A stretch of 64,000 nt of DNA from a virus (IMGVR_UViG_3300027608_000024:9110-73109); one strand, 5' to 3'. Numbered from the stretch's first letter, positions 45,174-55,277 are shown. Program-made: numbers and translations. The notes: a model not told the origin generated them from the letters alone.

Positions 45174-47264
45174 GTGGCGCATGATGCGTTTGAGGTGGGG
45201 GGCAGAAATGCCCCCCACTTCGTATCTACAGTAGAAGAACTAGAAGAGATTGTTCGCGTAGTACAAGAGCATGGCGCTTTTGTATTTGACGTTGAAACAT
45301 ACGGTGCTATTGATCGCCACCCCGATGTTGAGAAGTGGATTGAAAAGGAATGGCAAGAACACCTTGCTACTCTGAAAACAACTAACGATGATGTACTGGC
45401 TCGTGCTAGGGAAATCATTGTTGGGCGTTGGAAGAACATGCTTGCACTTGACCCACTCCGCAACAGCGTCTTTTGGATTGCTATTGCCACAGAGGGACGT
45501 TCATGGGCAATCCCCATGGGCCACCCCAACGGCGAGGTAATTGTTCCAGAAGAACGAGGTGATGGCTCTACAGTACCTCCGCCCGGTTATAGGAAGTTTA
45601 CGGCCAGTGGCAAAGAGTCCATGGCCAAAGCAAGATACTTTAAGCCAGCGGTGTTTAGTCCTGCCCCAAAGCAGTTGACTCCAGCAGAAGTTTTTGAAGT
45701 TCTACGTCCGTTGTTCTTTAGTGACATTGTTAAAATTGGCCACAACGTAAAGTTTGATGCACGGTCAGTTCGTAAATACTTTGGTGGGGATTTACCTGAG
45801 GGTCCTTTTCTTGACACGATGCTTATGCAGCATATTGTTAATGAGAACTTGATGGAGTACAACCTTGCGCATTTGATTTCTCATAACTTTTCGGGGTTCA
45901 GTGCTTACCATCGTGATGGCAAGCTAGGCGCATTCATCACTGAGGTGTCTTTTTCTAAAGCGTTACATTACGTGCACTTAGACGCACGTTGGACTTGGCT
46001 TTTATACAAGGTGTTATATAAAAAGGTAACACACGTCCCCGAGCTACTTAACTCTCTTCGCCAAGACATGCAGGTATTACGCGTCATCATGGAGATGGAA
46101 GACACTGGTATCCCAGTCAACCAACGTGAGATGACTGCTTTGGGCAAGCGTCTTGAGGTTAGATTAAACGAGATACTTCTTGACCTCAATGATTACGCTC
46201 CCCCAGGGTTTAACCCCGACAGTTCAAAGCACAAACAACAGTTGTTGTTTAATAAGAAGCGTGAGGGTGGCCTTGGACTTAAGTCAGTAAAGACAACCCC
46301 TGGTGGTAACGCCTCAGTAGACGAGGAAGCTTTACACAAACTTGAGACCAAGCACCCAGTAGTGCCCATGTTGCTTGAGTGGGCAGAAACAAAGAAGTTG
46401 GTTACAACTTACGTTGACGGGCTACTACCAAAACTCCACAATGGCAGACTTCACCCCTCGTTCCACCTACATAGGACTGCAACTGGTCGTCTATCTTCAA
46501 GCAACCCCAACCTGCAGAACATCCCCCGTGACAGCACGGTGCGCAACTTATTTAGGGCACCAGCAGGTTATGAACTATTAGTTGCTGACTATGACCAGAT
46601 TGAACTTCGGGTTATGTGCATGTTTTCCCATGACCCTAAAATGAGTGAGTTCTTCCTTACAGGAGAAGACATCCACTCAGGAGCAGCGGCACTTGTATTA
46701 GGCAAGGACGTTAGTGAAGTTACCGCAGAAGAACGACAACTTGGTAAAGGTGTTAACTTTTTGACTGCCTATGGCGGTGGCGCACAAAAGCTTGCCCGCA
46801 CGACTGGTATAGACGAAGACCATGCCAAGCACGTAATTGACCAGTACTATCGACAGTTCTCAGGTATTACCAAGTGGAAGCAAGAAGTCATTGCTGAGGG
46901 CAGGTCTAAGGGTTACGTTTCTACAATCTCAGGTAGGCGCCGGCATTTGCCAGATCTTTGCTCATCAGATAACAACTTGAAAGCACGAGCAGAACGACAA
47001 GCAGTAAACGCAGTCGTTCAAGGTTCAGCCGCTGACATCTGTAAGAAAGCAATGATTGACGTTTACGAGGCCCTATCTGGGCTTGAGGCAAACATGCTGG
47101 TACAAGTTCATGACGAATTACTAGTTATGACACGAACCGAGTTATCCGCTGATATATTCCCAGTAATGATAAATGCCATGGGGGACGGGGTTGTGTACGA
47201 AGGTATACCATTAAAGGTATCAGGCCATGCAGCATCCAGTTGGGCCGAGGCAAAAGGTAAATAG
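45174..47264 (+). CDS. polA: Family A DNA polymerase with 3'-5' exonuclease
   Basis: FDVET, GHNVKFD, TGRLSSSNPNLQNIP, DYDQIELR, KGVNF..AYG, VQGSAAD, VHDEL. Confidence 0.95.
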   Translation: MAHDAFEVGGRNAPHFVSTVEELEEIVRVVQEHGAFVFDVETYGAIDRHPDVEKWIEKEWQEHLATLKTTNDDVLARAREIIVGRWKNMLALDPLRNSVFWIAIATEGRSWAIPMGHPNGEVIVPEERGDGSTVPPPGYRKFTASGKESMAKARYFKPAVFSPAPKQLTPAEVFEVLRPLFFSDIVKIGHNVKFDARSVRKYFGGDLPEGPFLDTMLMQHIVNENLMEYNLAHLISHNFSGFSAYHRDGKLGAFITEVSFSKALHYVHLDARWTWLLYKVLYKKVTHVPELLNSLRQDMQVLRVIMEMEDTGIPVNQREMTALGKRLEVRLNEILLDLNDYAPPGFNPDSSKHKQQLLFNKKREGGLGLKSVKTTPGGNASVDEEALHKLETKHPVVPMLLEWAETKKLVTTYVDGLLPKLHNGRLHPSFHLHRTATGRLSSSNPNLQNIPRDSTVRNLFRAPAGYELLVADYDQIELRVMCMFSHDPKMSEFFLTGEDIHSGAAALVLGKDVSEVTAEERQLGKGVNFLTAYGGGAQKLARTTGIDEDHAKHVIDQYYRQFSGITKWKQEVIAEGRSKGYVSTISGRRRHLPDLCSSDNNLKARAERQAVNAVVQGSAADICKKAMIDVYEALSGLEANMLVQVHDELLVMTRTELSADIFPVMINAMGDGVVYEGIPLKVSGHAASSWAEAKGK

Positions 47265-47265
47265 C

Positions 47266-47697
47266 ATGCCCCATACTCCTATAGATAAGCGAAACTTCTA
47301 TTTATCCCTTTCAATTGCCGAAGGGCAAAAGATTGCATCATCAGCTGGGTTTTCCGTACCTTCAACAGAAGTACAGGAAAGCGAAATCATGGACATTATT
47401 AGCAAGTGGGTAATACTTGCTAGCATGGGCATCTTTGAAACCACCCAAAACTGTGCTGAATGGATGTTAGAAGTTGTCAAAGTACACAACGACCTAACTG
47501 AGTCTGAGCTTGAAAACACAAAGAACGTAATACTTTCTTTTGGAATGGCTTTAGTTTCCCATCTTGTAGATAACGATATGTTGTTGCTTCCAGAAAGATC
47601 TGGAAGTAGCCTTGTAAAAGAAGATAGTTCTGCTATCTTTAGTTTCCTAACTTTTGCAACAGAAGACGACGAAGAGGAAGATTACGAAGATGAGTGA
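47266..47697 (+). CDS. Hypothetical protein with acidic tail
   Basis: ORF within the operon; C-terminal EDDEEEDYEDE. Confidence 0.65.
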   Translation: MPHTPIDKRNFYLSLSIAEGQKIASSAGFSVPSTEVQESEIMDIISKWVILASMGIFETTQNCAEWMLEVVKVHNDLTESELENTKNVILSFGMALVSHLVDNDMLLLPERSGSSLVKEDSSAIFSFLTFATEDDEEEDYEDE

Positions 47698-48100
47698 TTG
47701 GTGGTCACGTCAGTTATCAACTCCACAGCAACGTACGGCTCCACGGCAGGAGAACCATTCTTCGCCTCCCGTTACGCCTCCTGCACGTTTTGGCTCTATC
47801 CAAATCCCAGTACAGCATCAGCCACAACCCCAACAACCACAGCAACGTGTACTTGATGAGAACCGCGCACCTACTGAGAATGTTTCTATGGGTGACGCAA
47901 TCCGTTTGTGGAAGGGTGGCGAAGCCGCCAAAAAGCAACCCGATATGTACTGCCCCGAATGCGGTAGTCAAAACATATTTGTTCGTACAGCCAAAGGTGG
48001 CAACACCATGATTTCAGGTAGTAACCCAGCACCCCGTTGTTTTGAATGCGGTTGGAATGGTATTTACGATCAAGGTTCGCAGTCCTCTTGGGCTGTCTAA
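47690..48100 (+). CDS. Zn-ribbon protein
   Basis: MSDWW, Pro/Gln linker, CPECGS...PRCFECG. Confidence 0.7.
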   Translation: MSDWWSRQLSTPQQRTAPRQENHSSPPVTPPARFGSIQIPVQHQPQPQQPQQRVLDENRAPTENVSMGDAIRLWKGGEAAKKQPDMYCPECGSQNIFVRTAKGGNTMISGSNPAPRCFECGWNGIYDQGSQSSWAV

Positions 48101-48113
48101 TTAGGAGCACAAA

Positions 48114-49130
48114 TTGAAAATTGAAGAGCATGAGACGCTTGCGTCTATTATTGCGTCCATCAACAAGAAGTACGGCGAAGACATTATTGTCCAAGGCAAC
48201 CGTGTTAAAGAAGAACTTCCACGCATTACAACTGGCATCCTTGCATATGACTTGATGCTTGGTGGTGGTTGGCCTATGAACCAGTGGTCTGAAATCATTG
48301 GTGATGAGTCATCAGGCAAAACTGCAGTTGCTTACAAAACCATTGCGGCCAATCAGGCATTAGACCCTGAGTGGATTGCTATGTGGGTTGCGGCAGAAGA
48401 GTTTGTTCCCGAGTACGCCGCATCAATTGGTGTTGACTTGGAGCGTCTGTGGGTTGTTGAAACCAACATTATGGAGCATGCCTACGATCTAATCATTAGG
48501 GCTATGCAGAACCGTGCTGTTGACTGCATTGTCCTTGACTCACTCCCAGCACTTGTTCCTGGCGATGAGGATGAGAAGACCATGGCAGAGTTTCAAATGG
48601 GCCTTGGTGCACGACTTACTGGTAAGTTCTTTCGTAAGTCATCCAAAGCGCAGAAGCGTTCTATGGTTAACGAAGACCGTGGTTGCACTGGGCTTATCAT
48701 TAACCAGTGGCGTGAAAAGATTGGCGTCATGTACGGCGATCCTCGTACCACACCAGGTGGCAAGGCCAAGAATTTCCACTATTTCTGCCGTGTTGAAGTT
48801 AAGCGTGATGAGTGGATCAAGGAAAAGGATGAGCCAGTAGGCCAAACTATTCGTGGTCGTACCATGAAGAACAAGACCTACCGCCCACAGCAAGTAGCGC
48901 AGGTGGACTTCTATTTCACTGACTCAAACGGTTTTTCCCTTGGGGAGTTTGACACCATAAAAGATATCGTTAACATTTGTATTGCTACAGAAATCATTAC
49001 TCGTGGTGGTGCCTATTACAACTATGACGGTCAAAAGTGGCAAGGCAAAGACGCCCTGTTACAGGGTGTACGAGAAGACCTAGGTCTACAGGCAATCCTT
49101 AAACAGAAAGCCACAGAGAAGTTTCTATGA
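48114..49130 (+). CDS. recA: RecA recombinase
   Basis: LGGGWP, GDESSGKT, VLDSL, INQWREKIG.MYGDP.TTPGG. Confidence 0.93.
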   Translation: MKIEEHETLASIIASINKKYGEDIIVQGNRVKEELPRITTGILAYDLMLGGGWPMNQWSEIIGDESSGKTAVAYKTIAANQALDPEWIAMWVAAEEFVPEYAASIGVDLERLWVVETNIMEHAYDLIIRAMQNRAVDCIVLDSLPALVPGDEDEKTMAEFQMGLGARLTGKFFRKSSKAQKRSMVNEDRGCTGLIINQWREKIGVMYGDPRTTPGGKAKNFHYFCRVEVKRDEWIKEKDEPVGQTIRGRTMKNKTYRPQQVAQVDFYFTDSNGFSLGEFDTIKDIVNICIATEIITRGGAYYNYDGQKWQGKDALLQGVREDLGLQAILKQKATEKFL

Positions 49131-49468
49131 TTCTTGGTCGTGAAGACCCAAAAGATAAACAACGCCAAATAATGAAAGCCTCTAAAAAGCAGGAACTACG
49201 ATCTGCTAAGGCTTACAATGGCAGTCGCAATGCAGGATCAGGTTCTGGGTGGATGCGTAAGAATGACGTGCGCACCCATGACATGCTTATAGAAAACAAA
49301 TTGACGTATAACGAAAAGTCTTATTCAATTAAGGCCAAAGAATTACAGGAGTTAACCCAACGTGCTGTACTTGAAGATAGGCTTCCTGTGTTGCAGTTCG
49401 ATATTGGCGGGCGTAATTACGTCATCCTTAATGAAGCAGACTTTCAAATGATTATTGGAGAAGTATGA
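49127..49468 (+). CDS. PD-(D/E)xK nuclease, Holliday-junction resolvase-like
   Basis: QE...A.....GSGSG..RKNDV....LIENK. Confidence 0.75.
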   Translation: MILGREDPKDKQRQIMKASKKQELRSAKAYNGSRNAGSGSGWMRKNDVRTHDMLIENKLTYNEKSYSIKAKELQELTQRAVLEDRLPVLQFDIGGRNYVILNEADFQMIIGEV

Positions 49469-49641
49469 GTACCTCAGATACAGCCTCACCTAGCTATGAG
49501 TCTTTACTAGAAGAACGCAATAAATGGAAAAAGATTGCTCATGATCTATACATGGCGGCAGCCCATATAAACAACTGTAAACCATGTAGGAATAGGTCAA
49601 TCCCAGCAATGTACAACTACGAAGAGGCAAACAATGACTGA
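49465..49641 (+). CDS. Small hypothetical protein
   Basis: GGAG RBS; ERNKWKKIAHDLY..CKPC (58 aa). Confidence 0.55.
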   Translation: MSTSDTASPSYESLLEERNKWKKIAHDLYMAAAHINNCKPCRNRSIPAMYNYEEANND

Positions 49642-49801
49642 TTCACATGTTGAGAACGCTCATCTTGATTTAGGTATTCAAATTGAGAAATTATTAAGTG
49701 ACCGTGCCCATTTGGCAAGGATCATTTCGTCAATGTACAACTGGAAAGATAAGGGCGTTGAAGACATCATCGCTGCTTTTCCAAGGGAAACTAATGACTG
49801 A
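49634..49801 (+). CDS. Small hypothetical protein
   Basis: GAGG RBS; MTDSHVENAHLDLGIQIEKL... (55 aa). Confidence 0.5.
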   Translation: MTDSHVENAHLDLGIQIEKLLSDRAHLARIISSMYNWKDKGVEDIIAAFPRETND

Positions 49802-50663
49802 TACCCCATGGTACATGCAGGACTACAAAAAAGCCATGCGCTCCAAGGGTAGATTAATCCCCCTTGTAGAAGCACAGATCATGAAGTCAAATGCCGAACG
49901 CAATTCCGGCAGGGACACTCAACACTTACATCCAAGTGAAATGGCTAAAAAAGAATGGTGTCCTCGTGCATCTGTTTACAAAATTACTGGCGTAGAGGGC
50001 AAGGCAGAAAACCTAGCCTTTAGTCGTCTCAACGTTTTTGAGGAAGGGCATGCAATCCATGAGAAGTGGCAAACCTGGTTATGGAAAGCGGGAGTCCTCG
50101 CAGGTCTTTGGTGTTGCAAAGCGTGTGATCATACTTGGAATGCAACTGCTCCTAGTTCCTGCCCTAGCTGCTCTTCTGTTCGTCTTAAGTACCGTGAGGT
50201 TCCTATACATAGCGATGAATACAGAATCTTGGGCCACGCCGATGGAGAAGTGGTTGATGCGGAAGGCCGAGCACTCATTGAAATCAAGAGTGTAGGCGTA
50301 GGCACAGTTCGTTTTGAAAAACCAGGACTGTTTGCAGATTACAGTAAAGGTGTAATTACCTTAGACGAGATGTGGAAGAACATTAAAACTCCATTTGCAT
50401 CTCACATACGACAAGCAACTTTGTACATGTACTGCACTGGTATTGACACCATGGTATTTATCTATGAGTGGAAACCCACACAGGAAATTAAAGAGTTCAC
50501 AATCAAGTACAACGAGGAGATTGCTGCCCCCATACTTGAAAACTGTAAGGTTGTTATCAAATCCCTTGAGGAGAACACAACCCCTGAACGCCCAGATTGG
50601 GCAACGTCAACAACATGTAACGGCTGTAAGTACTGCCCATATAAGAAAGTGTGTTGGGAATGA
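49794..50663 (+). CDS. Cas4/AddB-like exonuclease with Fe-S cysteines
   Basis: HPSE...CPR, GHADG, IEIKS, Q..LY, CNGCKYCPYKKVC. Confidence 0.85.
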   Translation: MTDTPWYMQDYKKAMRSKGRLIPLVEAQIMKSNAERNSGRDTQHLHPSEMAKKEWCPRASVYKITGVEGKAENLAFSRLNVFEEGHAIHEKWQTWLWKAGVLAGLWCCKACDHTWNATAPSSCPSCSSVRLKYREVPIHSDEYRILGHADGEVVDAEGRALIEIKSVGVGTVRFEKPGLFADYSKGVITLDEMWKNIKTPFASHIRQATLYMYCTGIDTMVFIYEWKPTQEIKEFTIKYNEEIAAPILENCKVVIKSLEENTTPERPDWATSTTCNGCKYCPYKKVCWE

Positions 50664-51160
50664 CTCGTATTATTACTAGAGAAGTACCCGACCATCCTGC
50701 TATTACTAAATTCAATAACAAGTTCTCATTGCCACAGCGCCCAGACGATCAGATACCAACAATCCCTTTTAACTTAGATGACATGTCTGACTCAGAGCTT
50801 ATGGAGTCTTATGCAAAGTTTATGGCTTGGGTGTCTTACGCCAAAGCTGAATTAGTAAAATCAGAGATTGACGAAGACAAAGAATCAAATACCTGCCGTG
50901 TATTAGAAGCCCGAGTTCTTATTGAGCAATGGGGTGCTGACGCCAAGGGAGACAGGGTTACAATCGCTAAAGCTAGGCGAGATGTGGACACCCGAGTCGT
51001 AGATCAGCAAGAGAAGTATCAAGTTGCTCGCGCTTACCGGAAATTAGTTGAAACAATGTTTGAATCCTGTGAACGTGGCGCACAGTTGCTTTCACGAGAA
51101 CTTAGTCGTAGGATTGGCCTACACAGCAAAGAACAACGTACATCACGATTTGGAGCATGA
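50660..51160 (+). CDS. Helical protein, possibly UvsY-like recombination mediator
   Basis: All-helical; C-terminal LLSRELSRR; near recA and the nuclease. Confidence 0.5.
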   Translation: MTRIITREVPDHPAITKFNNKFSLPQRPDDQIPTIPFNLDDMSDSELMESYAKFMAWVSYAKAELVKSEIDEDKESNTCRVLEARVLIEQWGADAKGDRVTIAKARRDVDTRVVDQQEKYQVARAYRKLVETMFESCERGAQLLSRELSRRIGLHSKEQRTSRFGA

Positions 51161-51161
51161 C

Positions 51162-51362
51162 ATGGAAACTCTACAAGAAAAATACGCACGTGTTGCAAGT
51201 CGCCTACTAGGCACAGACCTTGAACAGTACACAGTTGACCAAACTGGTTTGCCAGATATAGACAGCAATAACCCAAGTATCACTTTGTATCCCTCAAACC
51301 AAAATCCTTATTTCTGGGATAAGCCAGTTGCCCCATACATCACACCAGCTTTTGGAGAATGA
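51162..51362 (+). CDS. Hypothetical protein
   Basis: GGAG RBS before ATG. Confidence 0.55.
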   Translation: METLQEKYARVASRLLGTDLEQYTVDQTGLPDIDSNNPSITLYPSNQNPYFWDKPVAPYITPAFGE

Positions 51363-51363
51363 C

Positions 51364-51534
51364 ATGTCAACATGGCAAGAAGAAGGCGCTAGAGCAGCTA
51401 GAGAAATGAATGAACGTGCGCGCCAAGAAAGCAATGCTAGGGCTTCTGTTGCTCCTATTAACGAAGTAAATCAGACTCTTAAAGAGATTAAAGCCTTACT
51501 AATTGAAATTAGAGAAGCTATTAAGAATGGCTAA
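51364..51534 (+). CDS. Small coiled-coil protein
   Basis: GGAG RBS; TLKEIKALLIEIRE. Confidence 0.55.
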   Translation: MSTWQEEGARAAREMNERARQESNARASVAPINEVNQTLKEIKALLIEIREAIKNG

Positions 51535-51889
51535 TCGCGCTAAGCAGAAGGGTACTTCGTTTGAAACCCTTATAAGAACATATCTTAATGATAACGGCTT
51601 CCCGGTAGCTCACCGTACCGTCTTAAAGGGTGGCGGCGACACTGGAGATATCAACGGCATTAGGAATAAAGAAAACCGACAGGTTGCTTTACAGTGCAAA
51701 AATCAAAAAGCGTTTTCACTTAGTCAGTGGCTAAATGATACGGTTGAACAAGCATCCAATTTAAAAGGTGCCCTTCCCGCTTTGGTTGTTAAACGGCCTG
51801 GTAAAGGGGAAAAAGCAGTTGGTGATTCATATGCTGTGCTTAGGTTATCTGACTTGGTTGAGTTACTAAAAGAAGCCGGTTACTCATAG
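51527..51889 (+). CDS. Holliday-junction resolvase (actinophage Hjc-like)
   Basis: NRAKQKGTSFE, DTGDI, LQCKN, VVKRPG. Confidence 0.82.
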   Translation: MANRAKQKGTSFETLIRTYLNDNGFPVAHRTVLKGGGDTGDINGIRNKENRQVALQCKNQKAFSLSQWLNDTVEQASNLKGALPALVVKRPGKGEKAVGDSYAVLRLSDLVELLKEAGYS

Positions 51890-51917
51890 TATTAAACAAG
51901 TACCAATTGTTTAATAC
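51889..51917. promoter_or_regulatory. Inverted repeat upstream of spoVS
   Basis: GTATTAAACAA-N7-TTGTTTAATAC with perfect 11-bp arms. Confidence 0.55.
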
Positions 51918-51927
51918 GGAGTAAATC

Positions 51928-52212
51928 ATGTCAGAAGAACAACCAGTTGACGATATCGTCAAAGTATCAGGAACCAGCAACCCCCAGAGTGTCGGGTCTA
52001 TTGTTGCTCGCTCAGTAGTAGCAGGGCATTCCCCCAAGATCCGTGCCATTGGAGCTAGTGCAGTTAATCAAGCCACTAAGGCTTGTGCAATTGCTCGTGG
52101 CTTTGTAGCACCTCGTGGTATTGACTTATTATTTGTTATTGGCTTTGATGATATCCAAGGTGAAAATGGTGAAACCATTTCAGCTATCACATTCAAACCC
52201 GTAGCCCGCTGA
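51928..52212 (+). CDS. spoVS: SpoVS-family (Alba-like fold) protein
   Basis: KVS..SNP.SV...IRAIGASAVNQATKA.AIARGFVAPRGIDL. Confidence 0.88.
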   Translation: MSEEQPVDDIVKVSGTSNPQSVGSIVARSVVAGHSPKIRAIGASAVNQATKACAIARGFVAPRGIDLLFVIGFDDIQGENGETISAITFKPVAR

Positions 52213-52229
52213 AAATATTGCCATGCCAC

Positions 52230-52242
52230 AAAGTGGTAATAT
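52230..52242 (+). promoter_or_regulatory. Extended -10 promoter motif AAAGTGGTAATAT
   Basis: Identical to 11720-11732. Confidence 0.6.
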
Positions 52243-52275
52243 CTATATAACTCTCTTATCCTTGTGAGGTAAATA

Positions 52276-55239
52276 ATGGCAAGTCGTAAAGCAACCAAAG
52301 CTGAATTAGCAAAGCCAGTAAACGCTGCAAACCGTAAGAGTGGTGTAACTCAGTCAGGACTTCCACGCGCAGGTCGTATTGCTAAGCCAGCAAAAGCTGA
52401 ACGAAGGACTGCCAATACCGTCGGTGGTGTAGACCTCTTAGGTGACGACAGTTATGGAACATACCGTTTAAACCAATCAAAGAAAACGACAAAAAAAGAA
52501 TTAGAAGCTCCTACCCTTCCAAAAGAAGCAAGAGCAACTCAATTAGCTGGTTCTGGTCCTGGTAGATCTTCTGGTCTTTCTGATGATACTCAAACAAAAG
52601 GCACTCTTTCAAGTGTTGCTAGTGCACTTGCTAAAAGTGGTGCAAAACTCAAAGAACCCAAAGAGGTTGAAGTAGGCTTTACCGACACAGGAATTCCTGT
52701 TTTAGATCCCAAAAAAGCCGTTACCCCAGAGCAACAGGCAGAACGCAAATCTGCCGCAAAAGTTAGCCAAGGTCGTCAACGTAAGTCAGTTATTGAAGGC
52801 GTGCAATCAGGACGCATTGCAACTGACCTAAGGTCAGCAGAAGCACGTCAGCGTTTCTTTACTGATGATGTTGACACGTCCCCGGCAGCAGTTGAAGCAG
52901 CCGCAGTTACTGGTGGGGATCTTCCAGTAAAACAAGCACCTATTCGTACCGCAAACCCGCGCCAAGGTTTGGGTATTGTAGGTCGAGACAAGTCTGGTAA
53001 ATTAGTACAAGGTGCTGTTTCACGTGCTAATCGTCTTGGCCCCGTACGCAGATTGGCAAAATCTGTAGATAAAGATACAACGCGAAATAGGAAAGAAGCA
53101 GAAGCTGCGTTAAAAGCAGGAGAAGCTATTCAAGGTATTGACGAAACTCGTCAAGGCCCTGGTTCAACTGGTCGTGGCGCACCTGTTGAAGGCATGACAA
53201 AAGACGCTGTTTACACCACGGGAACTGCCCCCACACCGGCAGACGTTGGTAAGCCTTACAAAATTACTGAGGTTACAGGTGGTGCAAATGCCGCATTAGG
53301 CGGAAAAGTTGAGGCTACCACCCGTATTGCACAAACAGCAGTTGGCCGTGATGAAGTTCTTAGCACCATGACTTCAGAAGATAAAAAGAGCATGGGCAAC
53401 TTGGCTCAACAAGTAGTTAAAGGCGCCCCGTCTCGCACAGGTGGTTACATTGGAGGAACTGTTGGTTCTTCTGAAGTTACCCCAGAATTTAAAGCTAATG
53501 TTGCCAAAACGGTAGCTGCTGACTCAAAAACAGCGATTCCAGAAGACATTACCGACCTACAGGGTTATAGTTTTAAAGATTTGTTATCTGATCAACCAGA
53601 TCTTTATAACGAAATTCGCCAATCTGTTGCTAATGCAAAAAGCCGTAGGACAGAGGTTAGTACTGGACAAGGCGGAAACCGCACAAACACTACGGCTGGA
53701 GGGGTTGAAGATGAATCTCCAATCCTTGAAGGACGAGATTGGCGTGAACGTTTAAATGTTCACTTGGCAAGTTTGCCAAATGACTCAGCACGTAAAAACC
53801 TTGAAAGCCGCTTACTTGCTGCTGGAGCGCACCCTAACTCCCCAATATCCGAAGCAGAAGAAAAGTCAACTAAAATTAATGGAACTACGGTTCGTGATAG
53901 TAGTAACGAAGCTTTTGGAAAAGTTGCAAGCGCAAATAAAGCCGTAGCAACAGAAGTTGCTTCAGTAAGCAGGCGTCGCCGTGGTTCAACAAGGACAGCT
54001 CCAGTTGAAGCAATTACGGAACAAACTGGCAAAGAAGCTGCTCGTACTTTGGCAATTAACGAAGCAACCAACAGAACTATTGCAAATGACTTCATGCAAC
54101 CACAATCAACTGGTCCTAGCGCACGTGCATTAGCTGACCGAAACAAAGTTACAGATCCAACAACTGGTCAACCAGTTACTGGTAAAGGTGTTATGGCGGT
54201 AGTGGGTAAAATCCCGCTAACTGGTTCAGGGGCAGCACAGCCAACATCTGATCAATTGTCTATTATGAAAGATAAACAGCCCCGTCTTGCTCCAGTTTTT
54301 GACAGGCGCCCAGGGCAACCTGGTGCAATGAGCATTACAACTGCTTCAGGTGATGTGGGCTCAATTCCTGTCAGGGCAACTGACGGCGTAAAGAGTGAAG
54401 ACAACCCCTTTGGTCGTGGAACAGCAACTGGTGAATCGGTTGCCTTTCCCACAGCAGCACGCATTCCTGGATCTATCAGTGTGCAGTTTCAAACACCTAG
54501 TGGCCCAAGCACCCGAGATGTTGCACCCATAGCTATGTCAACTGCATCCAGCATTGCTGCAATGTCAACTAGGGAAGCAAGCGGCAGAACCCCATGGAAT
54601 AGCTTGGCACCTGGTACTGAAGTAGTGGTAAACGATGGGTCAACTGGCCCTACAAGCATGGTCCGAAGTAGCCAGTTTGGCAACATTCAAGGCTCTGGTG
54701 GCGTACCAGCTACACCAGAAAACATGCGACGTGCTGCTGCTCGTCCAAGGCGCGAAGCAGGAATTTCAGCAGCAAGAAAAGTTGAGGAAAGCACGCGTTA
54801 TGCAAGGCTTGCTAAGATCGCAAAACCTGGTGTAGATGCTCGAAATCTTGAGGCAACAGAGCTTAATGATACTCGTAAAGCTTTGCGTACAGGAGCAAAC
54901 GCAGACTACGACACAGTTGATTTTATTAAAGACTACGAAGCCCTTCCGGGTGGAAGAGGTTCCTCTAAATTCCATTCAGGTTATGACGCTAAAACTGCTG
55001 GACCTGGTTTTTATGGTAGCCAAGGCGCAATGTTTAGTGAAAAAACTGGAAAGTACGGAGAAGCGGAAGTTTCAGTGCCTAATAACAATGATTCAGGTAC
55101 AAGCAGAACTGAAACAGTCTCTGGAAAAGGCATCCCAATGCTGGCAGGTTATTCAATTAATGATGACGCAGATTTAGAAGCTATGGCACCTAGCGCGTAT
55201 AAGAAAAACACCAATTTAAGTAGTGGGCAGTTTAAGTAA
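52276..55239 (+). CDS. 987-aa low-complexity, probably disordered protein
   Basis: GAGG RBS; A/G/T/S/R/K-rich, no Cys, very few aromatic residues. Confidence 0.8.
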   Translation: MASRKATKAELAKPVNAANRKSGVTQSGLPRAGRIAKPAKAERRTANTVGGVDLLGDDSYGTYRLNQSKKTTKKELEAPTLPKEARATQLAGSGPGRSSGLSDDTQTKGTLSSVASALAKSGAKLKEPKEVEVGFTDTGIPVLDPKKAVTPEQQAERKSAAKVSQGRQRKSVIEGVQSGRIATDLRSAEARQRFFTDDVDTSPAAVEAAAVTGGDLPVKQAPIRTANPRQGLGIVGRDKSGKLVQGAVSRANRLGPVRRLAKSVDKDTTRNRKEAEAALKAGEAIQGIDETRQGPGSTGRGAPVEGMTKDAVYTTGTAPTPADVGKPYKITEVTGGANAALGGKVEATTRIAQTAVGRDEVLSTMTSEDKKSMGNLAQQVVKGAPSRTGGYIGGTVGSSEVTPEFKANVAKTVAADSKTAIPEDITDLQGYSFKDLLSDQPDLYNEIRQSVANAKSRRTEVSTGQGGNRTNTTAGGVEDESPILEGRDWRERLNVHLASLPNDSARKNLESRLLAAGAHPNSPISEAEEKSTKINGTTVRDSSNEAFGKVASANKAVATEVASVSRRRRGSTRTAPVEAITEQTGKEAARTLAINEATNRTIANDFMQPQSTGPSARALADRNKVTDPTTGQPVTGKGVMAVVGKIPLTGSGAAQPTSDQLSIMKDKQPRLAPVFDRRPGQPGAMSITTASGDVGSIPVRATDGVKSEDNPFGRGTATGESVAFPTAARIPGSISVQFQTPSGPSTRDVAPIAMSTASSIAAMSTREASGRTPWNSLAPGTEVVVNDGSTGPTSMVRSSQFGNIQGSGGVPATPENMRRAAARPRREAGISAARKVEESTRYARLAKIAKPGVDARNLEATELNDTRKALRTGANADYDTVDFIKDYEALPGGRGSSKFHSGYDAKTAGPGFYGSQGAMFSEKTGKYGEAEVSVPNNNDSGTSRTETVSGKGIPMLAGYSINDDADLEAMAPSAYKKNTNLSSGQFK

Positions 55240-55277
55240 CAACACCATGTTTGCTACCATAGGTTCTACAAAAATTT

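Noticed and set aside
46730-46790. Z-genome polymerase (DpoZ) suggested by the atypical motif B
   Set aside because: No purZ, datZ or mazZ in the window, and the motif variant alone is not diagnostic.
10136-49130. Inteins or introns in terL, dnaB, polA or recA
   Set aside because: The lengths are ordinary, the reading frames are continuous, and I saw no intein splice or LAGLIDADG motifs.
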